From positions 21,452,001 through 21,516,000 of the forward strand of contig OX597820.1 in assembly GCA_951406725.2 (NCBI GenBank): 64,000 bases of DNA. Reading direction: 5' to 3'. A program made the translations under genes and the position numbers. Under the pieces are notes generated by a model. That model saw only the letters and a list, made by a program, of their open reading frames with translations, was not told the origin of the DNA and made no database searches. Shown piece by piece: positions 1 through 13,396 of this stretch (within the stretch, counting starts at the first letter, position 1; the number at the start of each line of letters is the position of its first letter). Origin of the DNA: Octopus vulgaris. Its lineage: Eukaryota.

Positions 1-103
1 ACAACTGGTTGATTATGTGGATTAGTGGCAACACACTCTAAGCATATTGTTTCTTCTTCTTTAACAATAGTGTCAGTAAGTTTCTTGGAGAACTTGATAT
101 CAG
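1..103 (-). CDS. unc-22: Twitchin exon, N-terminal half of an Ig domain (about Ig11); truncated by window edge
   Basis: Acceptor ttttaag|CT, phase 1. Reads (P)DIKFSKKLTDTIVKEEETICLECVATNPHNQPV. Confidence 0.9.
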
Positions 104-197
104 CTTAAAAACAAAATAACAATAATACTTGTAGATTATAAGTTTCTAATGTAAGGAAATTCTAAAAAAATCACTTCATACATAAAACGATAAACGT

Positions 198-501
198 CGC
201 CCTTTCTCAAGACTAGCCAGGCTTATGGGTCCAGTTTCCCGGTTTCTGTGGCGTATGTGTTCCCCCTAGCTGGACGGGACGCCAGTCCATCGCAGAGTTA
301 CTCAAGAAACAGGAAGAGAGAGTGAGAGAAAGTTGTGGCGAAAGAGTACAACAGAGGTCGCCACCACCCCCTGCCAGAACCTCGTGGAGCTTTTAGGTGT
401 TTTTGCTCAATAAACACACACAACTCCCAGTCTGGGAATTGAAACCACGATCCTCTGACCATGAGTCCGCTGCCCTAATCACTGGGCCATTGCGCCTCCA
501 C
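198..501 (-). mobile_element. tRNA-derived SINE, family C
   Basis: Minus-strand head GTGGAGGCGCAATGGCCCAGTGATTAGG...GGTTTCAATTCCC with A/B boxes. Head and body match 13084-13280; tail matches 45254-45350. Confidence 0.8.
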
Positions 502-523
502 AACATACATACATACATACTGT

Positions 524-741
524 TTAACCCTTAAGCATTCCGATTACTCTGTCAGATGTAATGTTTATTTATTTACATTTTGAGTTAATCATGCATTATC
601 TCGTAGATTCAAAATTTCAATGATGTGATTGTTTAATTTTAGAATGACATTGTAGTGAGAGGTTAGGTCTGACTGATTTGAGCACAAAACAACTGGAATA
701 TTTGGGCCTGAAATGGTCAGTTTAAATGCTGTAATGTTTAA
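524..741. mobile_element. Degenerate TTAA-bounded MITE (piggyBac-like ends)
   Basis: Starts TTAACCCTTAAGCATT and ends AATGCTGTAATGTTTAA (imperfect inverted ends). Confidence 0.45.
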
Positions 742-1184
742 TGAATATTTTTCATTTTAATAAAACAGTATTTTGTTTAAATTCATTCACATTAAAAACA
801 ACTTTACACAATAAATTAACTATTACTTAATGGATCTTTAAACTTTTCCACTCAGAAGCGTTTTTGGAGATCTTTAGAATTTAACCAAAACAGCAAGGAA
901 ATATGTGATTTTAAAGGTTTCAATTTTGCTATATATTTCAATGGATAAAATTTTTTAAACTGGTAAAATGTGCCTTGATAGCAATAAAATAACACAAAGC
1001 TGTGATTTTGCTTTCTCATCCAAAACCCAAAGGTTATGAAAGCAAAAAAATTTCCTTTTCAGAGAACTGTAAAAATTTTATTTAGGTAAGTAAACCTATC
1101 TTCTCTTTATACGATATAATTTTTAATGTTTTTTCCCACTCTATTAATTTATATCTATATAAAAGATTAATTAATTCTCACTAT

Positions 1185-1395
1185 TTTGGTACAAAGCTAG
1201 CAGATTTTTAGTGGAAGTAAATCAGTTGATCACATCGACCCCAGTGGTCAGCAAGTTCTTCTTTTGTCAAACCTGAAAAGGATGACAGACAAAATTGACC
1301 CTGGTGGAATTTGAACTCAGTATGTAATGAACTGGAAGAAATAGTGCCAAAAATTTTGTCCATTACATTAATGATTCTGCCAGCTCACCACCTTA
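1185..1395 (-). mobile_element. tRNA-derived SINE, family B
   Basis: Reverse complement AAGGTGGTGAGCTGGCAGAA...CTGAGTTCAAATTCC... matches the copy at 42162. Confidence 0.75.
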
Positions 1396-1452
1396 AATTG
1401 GTAATTAATTGCAATTTATTTTAAAAAGCAAGTGATGATATTAAATACTCAC

Positions 1453-1606
1453 GTTCAACAAAGAGTTCAGCTGTGCTTGTTTTTTCAAGAACTTTACAAG
1501 TGTAAGGTCCTTCATCTTTCAAAGTCACATCCTTGATTATAAGCTTTCTCTTCATACCATCTTTTTCTACTTCAAACTTATCTGGCTCTTCTTCAGGTTT
1601 AATTTC
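1453..1606 (-). CDS. unc-22: Twitchin exon, C-terminal half of an Ig domain (about Ig10)
   Basis: gtag|GAA ... GAA C|gtgagt, 154 nt, phase 0 to 1. EIKPEEEPDKFEVEKDGMKRKLIIKDVTLKDEGPYTCKVLEKTSTAELFVE with the I-set DxGxYxC motif. Confidence 0.95.
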
Positions 1607-1810
1607 CTACAATAAAATAAAGATATATTAAATATAATGCCTACAGCAGTTACATTGGAATTTTGGACAATATAGAAATAGAAACAGTCATCAACATTAC
1701 TTTCTCCCGAAGATTACACTATGAGGGTCTAGAAAAGTGGATTTAGGAAATTTACTGTTTTAAACAAATCCAATGAACTCATAAAAAAAAGAACTTGATA
1801 TAACATATAC

Positions 1811-1932
1811 CTTGTCTCCCTTGAACCAGGTGACTTCTGCTTCCTTATCGTTTACATCACATTGAAGGACAGCCTTTTCTCTTTCTGTTGCTTCTACATC
1901 ATCAAGTTGTTTGAAAAAGTCCCACTCAGGTT
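1811..1932 (-). CDS. unc-22: Twitchin exon, N-terminal half of an Ig domain (about Ig10)
   Basis: ttacag|AA ... AAG|gtatat, 122 nt, phase 1 to 0. (E)PEWDFFKQLDDVEATEREKAVLQCDVNDKEAEVTWFKGDK. Confidence 0.95.
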
Positions 1933-2581
1933 CTGTAAAAATATATATAAGTGTTATTAATTTGTTATCACGTCAATGTCTATATTCAGTTCGAATTTAC
2001 AGAAAACAAAAAACAAAGACAGGTAAGGAACAACAAGCAGGAGCATTAGTTTAACGTTTGGGAAGAATGGAAACGTCTTTCACATTTCGAGCCTATGCAC
2101 TTCGGCAGAAGGGTTTGAGAAGGAAAAAAATGGAGTGAGAAAAAATGTGTAGGGATTAATGGTGTGTGTGTGTGTATTTATGTATGTGTGTGTGTTTGTG
2201 TGTGGTACATATATGCATGTATTTATGTATGTATGTGTGTTTGTGTGTGTGTGAGTGTGTGTGTTGATGTTGGATGGAGAGGAGACAAGAGTTTTTCCAA
2301 TCCATTGATACAATTTCCTGGAAATTCTTATATAAAGTATCGGCCATGCAAGTCAAGGACTCCCAGACTGGAGTAAATTTACCCCCAGGGATAGAAATTA
2401 GTTGATTTTGGATCTTCGCTGGTTATTTTGTGACAGTATGAGCATAAACTCAAATTACAGAATGGGAGTAAATTTAGTTGCAAAAAATTGCTAGGTGATA
2501 AATAATCTAACAAAGAAAAAGACAGGTTTGGCCATTTTGCTCTAAAGGAAAACAAAATATATTTAATTTATATTTATTTAC

Positions 2582-2720
2582 CTTCAACATATAAATCACA
2601 GTAAGTGGATGCTTTTCCACAGACACAAGAATATTCAGCTTCGTCCCCTGGACCAGCATTTTTAATCTTTAATATGCACCTGTTTTCTCGCCTCTGCATC
2701 TCATATTTTCCTGGTTCAAA
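2582..2720 (-). CDS. unc-22: Twitchin exon, C-terminal half of an Ig domain (about Ig9)
   Basis: ttccag|TTT ... GAA G|gtaaat, 139 nt, phase 0 to 1. FEPGKYEMQRRENRCILKIKNAGPGDEAEYSCVCGKASTYCDLYVE. Confidence 0.95.
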
Positions 2721-3009
2721 CTGGAATATCATAAGCAAATCATTAACTATCACTAGTGTAATGCCATTTAGCTCTAAACAAATAAGCTGGATAGATGAGT
2801 TTAACAAAAAGATTATAGGTATTGATCAAATACAATGAGATATATCTGAGAGATATATGCTATGACACTAAAGATTAATAACGGATATTGAAGGAAATAT
2901 TAAAATAAAATATTTTACAAGTAGAAAGATATATTTTTCAATGCTTAAGTATTGATAGAACAGCATATATAGGATAAAATCCTTACAGAGCAGAAAAATC
3001 TGTCAGCAA

Positions 3010-3080
3010 CCAGCTATGTGAATCGAACTCACATCCCTTCAATTTCTGGTCAAAGTGCTTTACCATTTAAGCTAAACATT
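3010..3080 (-). pseudogene. tRNA-like remnant / SINE head
   Basis: Minus strand TAGCTTAAATGGTAAAGCA...GTGAGTTCGATTCACAT has A and B boxes, but the acceptor and anticodon stems are poor. Confidence 0.45.
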
Positions 3081-3276
3081 TCAGTGCTTAGGTGGATATC
3101 TTGTTCTAATACTGCTTCCATTGCATATAACAGATTTAAAAAAATTAATGGTTTTCTTTCATTAATTATATTGCCTAAATTCAATGAAAAACTATAATAC
3201 TTGTAAATATTAAATAGAACGTAATCAGTCTTTTGTATTGTATATAAAATTTAGAAAACTGAAAAAATGTTTTTAC

Positions 3277-3416
3277 CTCAATTGGCTCACCCATTCTGAA
3301 CCATTTAACCTTTGCTCTTGGATCAGAAACAAAGCATTCAAGTTGTGTATCCTTCTTCCTCACTACCTCATGATGTTGTGGCAATTTTTTGGTGAAATGA
3401 TATTCAGGTTCCTTGG
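3277..3416 (-). CDS. unc-22: Twitchin exon, N-terminal half of an Ig domain (about Ig9)
   Basis: tgtag|CC ... GAG|gtaaaa, 140 nt, phase 1 to 0. (A)KEPEYHFTKKLPQHHEVVRKKDTQLECFVSDPRAKVKWFRMGEPIE. Confidence 0.95.
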
Positions 3417-3537
3417 CTACAATATATCAAATGGTGTTACTGAGATCAGGGCATGTGATAAAATATTATAAAATACATATGCATGATTTATGAGTCTTAA
3501 GCAATAAAACTTCGTTTTAAAAGCAGATCAGAAATAT

Positions 3538-3737
3538 TCTTTTCTACTCTAGGCACAAGGTCTAAAATTTTTGAGGAGGGGCCCAGTTGATTAGATCGAC
3601 CCCAGTATGCTACTGGTACTTAATTTACCAACCCCGAAAGGATGAAAGGCAAAGTTGACCTCAGTAGAATTTGAACTCAGAACGTAAAGACAGATGAAAT
3701 ACTGCTAAGCATTTCGCCTGGCATGCTAATGTTTCTG
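3538..3737 (-). mobile_element. tRNA-derived SINE, family B (5' truncated)
   Basis: ccccgaaaggatgaaaggcaaagttgacctcagtagaatttgaactcagaacg is the reverse complement of the 42162 body. Confidence 0.8.
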
Positions 3738-4178
3738 TGAAAATATGAAATAAAATAAAACAAAGTTCTCGTGTTTTCTTTTCAAATGAAAAAATTAATT
3801 ACATTTTATAGAAATTCAAGTTCAAATTTATTCAGTTTCTCAACTTAACTTAATATACAATGTTATCAAAGTATGTTTAAATGTTTATTTTTTAAAACCA
3901 GCAACATCTAAAATCTATTTCATATCCTTAATTATATTATCATCTAATAGTTAAATTAGTCTATAATTCCATAGTTTTGGTATCTTTTATTTGTTTCAGT
4001 CACTGGATATCAGCCTCACTGAGACATTGCATCAGTAAACAATTATCTTAGGTTCCAGCAAATGAGAAACTTGCAACCATCTGCATGTTAGGTAGGTGTG
4101 ATAATCATTACCCCCACAGAACCAATTATAAATATATAACAGTACATGAAGTACATAAAAATTACAAAATCTTTTCAT

Positions 4179-4748
4179 AGGTGCAGGAGTGACTGTGTGG
4201 TAAGTAGCTTGCTTATGGAGAACATGGTTCTGGGTTCAGTCTCACTGCGAGGCACCTTGGGCAAATGTCTTCTACTATAGCCTCAGGCCGACCAAAGCCT
4301 TGTGAGTGGATTTGGTTGATGGAAACTGAAAGAAGCCAGTCATATATATGTATATATATGTGTGTGTGTTGTTGTTGTTAAGCAACAAGACGGGTAAGGA
4401 TGATTAGGTGATGGTCTAGGGCTTAGGGGTGGGAGACCCCAGACCTTAGAAAAAAAACACTTTGGTCATCTTGTTGTAATCGAGGGCTCTTCGTTGATGC
4501 CTGCCACCACTGGGAGGTGGCCCTCAAAGTCGCTGGAAATGGAGACCTCCAGGTCCAAATTCTTGAATGGCTGTGTGTGTGTGTTTGTGTGTCTGTGTTT
4601 CTCTCCCCAACATTGCTTGACAACCGATAGAAAGAGACCGATAGAATAAGTACTAGGCTTACAAAGAATAAGTCCTGGGGTCGATTTGTTAGACTAATGG
4701 TGGTGCTCAAGCATGGCCACAGTCAAATGATTGAAACAAGTAAAAGAG
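4179..4748 (+). mobile_element. tRNA-derived SINE, family A, with a nested insertion in its internal microsatellite
   Basis: Head GGTGCAGGAGTGACTGTGTGGTAAG...GGGTTCAGTCTC and tail ...CAGTCAAATGATTGAAACAAGTAAAAGAG are shared with 37927, 39130, 12211 and 42862. Confidence 0.85.
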
Positions 4749-4793
4749 TAATTAAAGAAAAAGTGAAAGTTTTTGAATTATTGCTATACTTAC

Positions 4794-5061
4794 CTTCAAC
4801 GTATAGCCATCCTGATGTTGTACTGTTGTTGACTTGACAAATATATTTTCCACCATCTTCTAGTTTAACATTAAGAATTGTGAGGGTATAATCATCACCT
4901 TCATTCTCAATGTGATATTTCCCACCATGGAAAATGTCCATCTTATTTTTGAACCATTGAACTTTAGCTCCTGGACGGCAAAATGTTGTAGCGAATTGTA
5001 CTTTTTCAGTACCTTCCATAACCTTGATATCTTCCAATTCTTTGAGGAAATTTTCAGGAGC
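4794..5061 (-). CDS. unc-22: Twitchin exon, complete Ig domain (about Ig8)
   Basis: ttttag|GCT ... GAA G|gtaagt, 268 nt, phase 0 to 1. APENFLKELEDIKVMEGTEKVQF...VQWFKN...LTILNVKLEDGGKYICQV...LYVE. Confidence 0.95.
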
Positions 5062-8000
5062 CTAAAACAGAATTTTTGTTGAAAATTAATCAATGTTTTT
5101 TATAATTAGAATTTTAGAAATCACATCAAAATAATTATTAGTGTAACTAATAATGACTTTCAAAGATTACACTATGTATGTGTTTCATACTGTTTGCATT
5201 GATGTAGCTTTACTTTGACACTATACCAACATGCTTTTATAATCATGATTCCAGAAGAAGGGAAAAATGAGCAAAAATTATATTGTAGCTATGACGATCA
5301 GCTTATACTTTTAGGACTCTATGTACACACAAAAACATGCATACACAAATACATGTGACAACGTGATTAAGTGTGTATATTGATTTACAAATTTTTGAAT
5401 AAATGGATTAATTCCAATTTTATTATGTCAATGAAAGAGTTGTTATCTATATAATACCAAAGTAAAATTACTCTTGATAATTCGGAGTTAACAAAATTTG
5501 TATCAGAGATATTTTTTCTTACAATTTTGATGTTAAAAATCTTCTGGATTCATTACATGATATGTGGCATAATACAAATAAGTAAAATACCAAATATTGT
5601 TAGTATAAACAAAGGAATGATTTCTTATAACATATCAATGTTAGTTAATATATAGATATCTAAGTACTACTAGATTAAAGTAGCAGTTGCTCAGTCTGAC
5701 ATGGTTAATTTAGAGCTTAAGCAGGATTTGAATAAACATTCTCATTTATGTATTTATAAATTTAAAAAGTATATACAAAAAAAGTGTGCTTTTCTTTCTA
5801 TAATTTTTTTTCATTAGAAATAATAGACATTAAACATTAAAAATCCATTTTAAATTATGTAAACTGTCGATAAGATTTTATGATATAAATTTAAATACTG
5901 TATCATATATATTAATATTATATCTTCACTTCCTATCATTAATAATCTCATTTAGATATCTTAAATAGGGATTTTGCACTTGATATTGTGATCTGGTAAT
6001 ATGTGCTTAATAATGACATGTTAAAACATAACTGCTAGTAATAACACATACTATTCAACCTCTTTGAGCATATTGGAGTAGAGAAACCTTTGACAATTTA
6101 TCTTCTAATGGTTGAGATAAATTAAAATCAAATGACTGGCTGAAAGCAAATGATGCAGTGAATTATCTACATCGAAGAGGCCAGGGAACAGAAGAAAGAA
6201 GAAGAAAGAAGACATGCACCCAACACCAGAGCTGAAGACACCTCTGGAAGCGGGGGCCCCACCACATCAAAACGGTAGAGGAGTAGGGGCCGAAACCAGA
6301 TGTGATTCCTCCTGATGATGTCTTGAGCTAACCAGATCCTATAAAGGAGCTATTGTGGTAGCAGACCATGAAACACAGTTGAAATTCCTAATGTTTTCTG
6401 ATTTAGGCACATTGCCAGTAATTTTCAGAAGAGGGGTACAGTCGATTACAATGATCCAGCCCCCACCCTGCCCAATAATTGACTGATAATTTATTTTATC
6501 AACCTCAGAGGGATGACAGGCAAAAATATTTCCAATAATGAATTACTAAATTACTATTTACTTTTATTTTGTAATGCAAGAAATAAATTTCTGATAATCA
6601 TTTGAGAAGAAAGAGGTTGATATCTATTTTTAAAGCTTTATCTTATTCATTTAATATTATTGTTTAATTGCAGAATTATTTATAGTCAAGTTATTATTTA
6701 AACAACATAAAATTTTACATTTAAAATATATCACTAAGTATATATAACATAATTTGAAACTTAAAACCAATCATGAAATAAAAAGCATAATATAAAGAGT
6801 ACATGTTGGTGATTCTAGAATAAAGTGACTTAAAAGTGTGGAAGGTTTCTGAAAGAGGGTTTCAAAATTGCATTTAAAATGAACTCTAATAATTTTTCAA
6901 AAGTTTTGATATGACTAAATATCGCTAATATTGAAATACATATATTTTATGCTATTTAAATATTTTAAAAAGTGAATTCAAATAACAAATTCTTTTAAAC
7001 ATTCAGAAAAATCTGTGTTCAACAGATTTCTATGAGAGTATTCTAAAAACGTTCACAAAGTGGAATTGACAATTATGAAAGAAAATTCTTTACACACAAA
7101 AAAAATAAAGTTACTGATCAAATTCAGATTTACGTTGAAGTACAATTGTAAACATTAAGCATTTTGTGAAATAGAATAATTAAAGTTTAATTCATAAGAA
7201 AATGATTATAATGGACATATATGTAAAGAAAGTAAGAAAACAGTTAAAGAAATTAGTTAATTTCTAAAATACATAAAAATAATGTAAAAATAAATTATAT
7301 TTAAAATCAAATCATGTGAATGGTCTCCAAATAGTATTATCTTCGAGTTTACCGTATGATTGAGTATGATGAGTAAAAAAATGTTGATAGCGGGCAAAAA
7401 TCTTTAGTTTAAAAAGATATTACAATGGTTTTACAATGAATAGATTGTGCTACTGCATAGAATCTCTAGTATGAGTCTAAGAATTAAGCAGTTAAAAATA
7501 TAAATATGCTACATAAGTATTCTAGATATATTCCAAAGCAAATATCTAAAATATTTTAAATAAAACTTATATATAAAACTTGTAAATAAAATTTAAATAT
7601 GATACACTTTTTTTTATAAAGTTTTGCTAATTAAGATTGTTAATTGTTTTTTGGAATATTGATCTGTATGACTGTTTATTGATGTATAACTTTATAAATT
7701 TTAGAGGAAATTTCTTGTGTAAAAAATGAACAATTAAGAAAATATCTTTCATTGATAAGCATAGGTTATGGTACATCTTTAAGGCCATTTTTCATTTTGC
7801 ATTTCATTTAGTCCTTAAATTTCTATGCACACTAATCTATTTGAAGAACTTACTATTGTGTTAGTATTTCAGTTCATTAACATAAAAAGCTTTATTCATA
7901 TTATTATATATCTTCAAAACATATTTTGTGCTATAAACATTTCTCAAAAACTAATACTACAAAAAAATAATTCCTTTATCTTCATTTATAAAAATAAAGA

Positions 8001-10665
8001 TATAGCTAAATAATTATCAATCATATAGATGAAACATTTCATTAGTTAATGGGATATACTATAATGAATTTGATTATGTCTTCTTTTCATTTATGCTTTT
8101 GCAATATTTTTCAGATATGCTTTTCATTTAAATAAATATAAATGAACTGAAAACAATTCTTAATTTAGTTACAATTGTATACAGATATAAGATCTAATAA
8201 AACATTCTGTAATTAATATGAAAGGGAAAAAAGTTTAAGATATTCATCATACTTAAACATACTTATAAAAGAAAACTCATTCATTATTTGGTAGAAATAT
8301 TTGACATATATATATATATAATAAATGGAAAGATATCACATTTTGTAAAAAGAGAAATAATAATTATAATAATAATAATAATCTTAACTTCATTTAAAAT
8401 AATTACCAATCTTCATGGGACTATCATCAGCAATAATACTAATTAAAAGTTGTAAAAAAAATATGTGAAAACATGCAAAATATATTTGAAATCAATAATA
8501 AATACATGCATTACAGACTTTGTACAAGACTCAGGCAATGTGTAACCTATCAACAGGCACTGGGAAAGCTGCAAAATAATATCAGCCAATAATAATTTCA
8601 TTATTTGATATTAAATCTAGAAACCACTGGAAATAATTAAAATGTATATATGATTACATATACAATATTATTTTAAAATTCATTACATACATTCAAGAAT
8701 GTATGAGTACTATGAATAATCATTATCATTTTTATCATCCTCACCAAAATGATGTTCTCACTACTTATGATGATGATAATAATAATAATAATAATAATTG
8801 TGATATTTATTGGCACAGGGCCTATAATAATAACATCTGAACAAATAGACATTCTTAAGGAAATTTGGTTTTCTATTTGTCTTTTATTTCATGTTACCAT
8901 TCAAAAACAAGATATTCTTCTTTAATACTACTAGAATATTATTTGAGACTTTACATAATCAAATGTCAATAACACACCATCTTACAAATAGACAACAAAA
9001 CAAGAACATGGATTTTACACAGTCAATGTTTGGCCTTTTATATTTCCATAATTAAAAGCTAATATTGTTTTTAAAATCTAGATTTTTTGTAATAGAATAA
9101 ATATTGTTTTCTGATATCATATCTTATATGTAAGTTTATATATGTGTGTATGTGTGTATATATATATATATATACACACACACACATACACAAAACACGT
9201 ACAAGTGTGCATGTATGTTTGTACACATTATTCTACAGTGAGTAAGTATTAATTACTATATTGTTTGTTGAAAAAATGATATAATAATATAATAATTGTA
9301 TATAATATATATATAAAATGATAAATAATTGTAGAATATCTATTTTCTTAGTAATTTTAAGAATATTTTTAAAGCCTATTAAAGGATCATTAAAAGTATT
9401 AATATTATATTAATGCTTTAAATACATTTTTAACAAATATTTAAATTTAAAAAAAAACTTCATTATGGCTAACATTTATATTACAGAATGGTTCCCCCAC
9501 TAGTTGTGCTATAAGTAAATATTTAATGTTACTTGCATCAAGACAATATATATATCATGTCATATTTAACATTCACTTGTTAGTAGTTTGTTATCAGGTT
9601 CATAAATGTGAATATGTACAGAAGTACAAGTATATAAGCTAAAATGTAACACAATGTAAATTTAACTCTGTTTCTCATAAGCTCTATGCTAAAAGCACAT
9701 GAACTAATTATATTGTACTTATATAGAAATAGGGCTAACAAATCTCCTTATTATTCTATCAAGACACCTCCTTGACACATAACAGTATTTCATAAAATAT
9801 CACAAGTATTATGTAAGATTCTTGAAATCCTATAAGATTCTTTAAAAATCAATTGAAGTGTTCCTGTGATAATCCTCTTTGTGTGTTATATAAGAAATAA
9901 AGAAATTACCACATAGACACTCATTAAAACTCACACCTAAAATTATCTATTACAAGCTTTTAGAGAAGGTAAACATAACACATTATATAACAAAACCACC
10001 AAAATCAGAGAATTGATTTTTTGTTTATTTTCCAGATTCATCCTCTAAAAATTGTCATAAAATTATATGAACATTTTGAGAAGTTTAAATCTTTCTTTTG
10101 GAAAAACATAACAGATATCTGAAGTTATATACATATAATATCATTTCATAATTTCTGATTTATTTTAATATGAGAAATGAAGACTCATGTCTAATCAAAT
10201 AAAGTTAACAAATATGAAAATTGTAGTTTTAATGCATTTTCATTTGTTGCAGCCAAGATGGGAAAATGCTATCTTACTGAGAATATTGTAAACTTTTCAT
10301 TATTGTTTCGATTCTGAAGCTTCCTTTATTATATAGTGTGACAAACATTCACTGTATACTTTTATAAATTGGTACAATTCTATAGTAAGCAACCCACTCT
10401 TTGAGGGAAAATACAATCAATATAAGTGGGACTTTTAAATAAATGTTTCGCAGATATTTTGGATCTTCTATAACAAATAACCACTAATGAAAAACAAACT
10501 TAATTTCCATTGTAAATTTTTAAATCTTTAAATAATTCTACTTATTCTGAATATTTTTAAGCTATACTTTATTTTAATAACTTAACAAAAGAAAATAGTA
10601 AAAGCTCTATTTTCATAATTTGAAGTAAATGTCTTTATTAACCCAAATAATATTCAACATTATAA

Positions 10666-11060
10666 TCTATATATATAAAGCTGAAGTTGTCTGTGTATGG
10701 CAGGCTTGGTAGCTTTCAACTAACACTAACTCCTCCGAGACCCTGCGGCACAAGTTGACCAAAATTGAGACTATGATAGAAGAAGACTTGCTCTTCCTTC
10801 CGTAGAAGAAAAATTCAAATCGGACCATGTTAACACCAAAAATTATTTACATAAAAATGGTGCTTTTTTTCTATGAAAATCCCTATTTTGTACGATTTTT
10901 TTACTGCTGTGTCGGCATTTTTTGGTGTATTTCAACCAGAAAAATGTTCACTTAAAGAGAATAACAAGTTACATAATGCAAAATTTTTACTTTTCAAAAA
11001 TTCCAATTCTAAAGGGTCGAAAAGAAAACAAGCCCGAACAACGCTGGGTTATACTGCTAG
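10666..11060 (+). mobile_element. Non-autonomous Helitron-type element
   Basis: 5' TCTATATATATAAAG, imperfect subterminal hairpin AGCCCGAACAACGCTGGGTT, 3' CTAG. Sits between host A (10665) and T (11061) with no TSD. Confidence 0.72.
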
Positions 11061-12210
11061 TTTTAATTATACTTGTTTCTAAACTAGAAAAGTGGTTTTA
11101 AGCTGAGCTAATCTGAATCAACAGATACACATATACAGTTGAACATACATAGAGACAGATAAAAATATATATAGAGAGAGACTAGAGACACAATATCTTA
11201 ATCACATTTAAAGTAAACTATAATTAATTACATATTCACACATTCATTTTAGCATAAGCTAATTACAGTCACTATCATGCCACAAGATTATGACGAGGTT
11301 TAGTGTTAGAACATCGATATTCAAAATACACATTTAAGACAATATGAAATTTTAAACAAAACATATAATACATAAAATAGTTTAAATACAATATATATTT
11401 GTGTGTATACACATACACATATATATATACATACATATAAATATATATATATATATATAAATATATATATATCTATATGTATGTATATATGTATATATAT
11501 ATATATATATGTACATGAGAGTCTATGTGCGCGCATGTGCGTATTAAACAAACATAATTGATAAAAAAAGAAAGTTATAATTAACTTTTGAATACAACAA
11601 TACAAGTTGAAAATACATTTTCTAATTACTAAAAATATCATGTTTTGTACGTTAAATGTATCTTTACATTTTTTTCTTTCTTTGTAAAATGTATTATGTT
11701 TTCACTGGATTTTCTTTTGTTTTAAATTTTTGCTAGATTCCTGTATTTCAGGAATAGAGGGATAATAAAATCTCTCTCTTCATTGCTCCATTAAGTGTTC
11801 TCTTTACACATAATCTTTTCTGTTTCTGTCAGAGGGTTGGGGAACAAACACAGACACAATAACTTCAGTGGAACTGAACCCAAAACCATGTGGTTGCAAA
11901 GCAAGATCCTTAAACACACTGCCATGACTATACCTAAAGGAATTGCAAAAATTATACAAGATTCTTGAAGTCTTATAGGATTCTTTAAATGGTAATTGAA
12001 ATAAACTAATTCAAATGCAGCAAATGTTACATAAGAATGTGTCAAATAGATAGATTTGAGAGAAAAAAAAATCTGTAGATATTAGCTCATCTCAGATTTC
12101 ATGTTTTGAAATAATTCAAAGTGACTTTCATTTAATTATAAGAGTCTCCATCTATCTCACTAGAACATATAGAAATATTGTGGTCAATGTAATCTACTCT
12201 ATATATATAT

Positions 12211-12590
12211 TCTTTTACTTGTTTCAGTCATTTGACTGCGGCCATGCTGGAGCACTGCCTTTAGTCGATCAAATCAACCTCAGGACTTATTCTTTGTAAG
12301 CCTAGTACTTATTCTATCGGTCTCTTTTGCCGAACCGCTAAGTTATGGGGACACCACCATCGGTTGTCAAGCAATGTTGGGGGGACAAACACAGACACAC
12401 AAACATATACACACACATATATATATACAACGGGTTTCTTTCAGTTTCCGTCTACCAAATTCACTCACAAGGCTTTGGTCGGCCTGAGGCTATAGTAGAA
12501 GACACTTGCCCAAGGTGCCATGCAGTGGGACTGAACCCAGAACCATGTGGTTGGTAAGCAAGCTACTTACCACACAGCCACTCCTGCACC
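12211..12590 (-). mobile_element. tRNA-derived SINE, family A, near full length
   Basis: Reverse complement of the 37927-38343 copy, including the internal TA/TG microsatellite. Confidence 0.88.
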
Positions 12591-13083
12591 TATATATATA
12601 TATAATTAGCTGATTGTAATGGTTTCTATTGTCATGTATACTAATGAATATAAAACAAAAACAATGTATTTTTGAAATTGTAATTAGTATTCTTGAGAAT
12701 ATTAGTTTTAGCATTGTCTCCAATTACTGGATGTATAGAAAGTATTTATTTCTGAATTTCCAAATTTTTTATTCAAATGATTAATTAGATACACTTATTC
12801 TATTTAATATTTTCATTCAAAGAGAATGATACAAAATTTGACTTCTACAATTCTATAAAGATTATATGAATACATGCATATATGTATGTATCTATGCATG
12901 TATCTATGTATGTATGCATGTATATATGTATTTGATGGACACTCTTGCCAAGAACGAACTAAGAATGTCCATCTGGTCAATCAAGTAAATGATCTACTTA
13001 TTGAATTAGCATGTAAACTGGTCAAGTATTCCAAGGAATAGTTTTACTCTTAACATAATTTTCCAACGTATATATATAATAGC

Positions 13084-13396
13084 CGTAGAGGTGCAATGGC
13101 CCAGTGGTTAGGGCAGCAGACTCATGGTTGAAGGATCACGGTTTCGAATCCCAGACCGGGCGTTGTGAGTGTTTATTGAGCGAAAATACCTAAAAGCTTC
13201 ACAAGGCTCTGGCAGGGGGTGGCGGCGATCCCTGCTGTACTCTTTCGCCACAACTTTCTCTCACTCTTTCTTCTGTTGGCCTGCTCGCTTAGCCAGCGGG
13301 GTGGCATCATTTGAAGGCCAAAACAATGTGAAGTTTATTGTGACCAGCAATGTGTAGCGACATCTGATAGCCTGGTCGGTCACGGTGATCACGGTA
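13084..13396 (+). mobile_element. tRNA-derived SINE, family C (alternative 3' tail)
   Basis: GTAGAGGTGCAATGGCCCAGTGGTTAGG...GGTTTCGAATCCC A/B boxes. Ends in a short repeated tail (cacggtgat cacggtaat). Confidence 0.82.

Noticed and set aside
12345-12557. Recurring ORF ending EDTCPRCHAVGLNPEPCGW (also 37961, 39161, 43030)
   Set aside because: Antisense translation of SINE family A, not a protein family.
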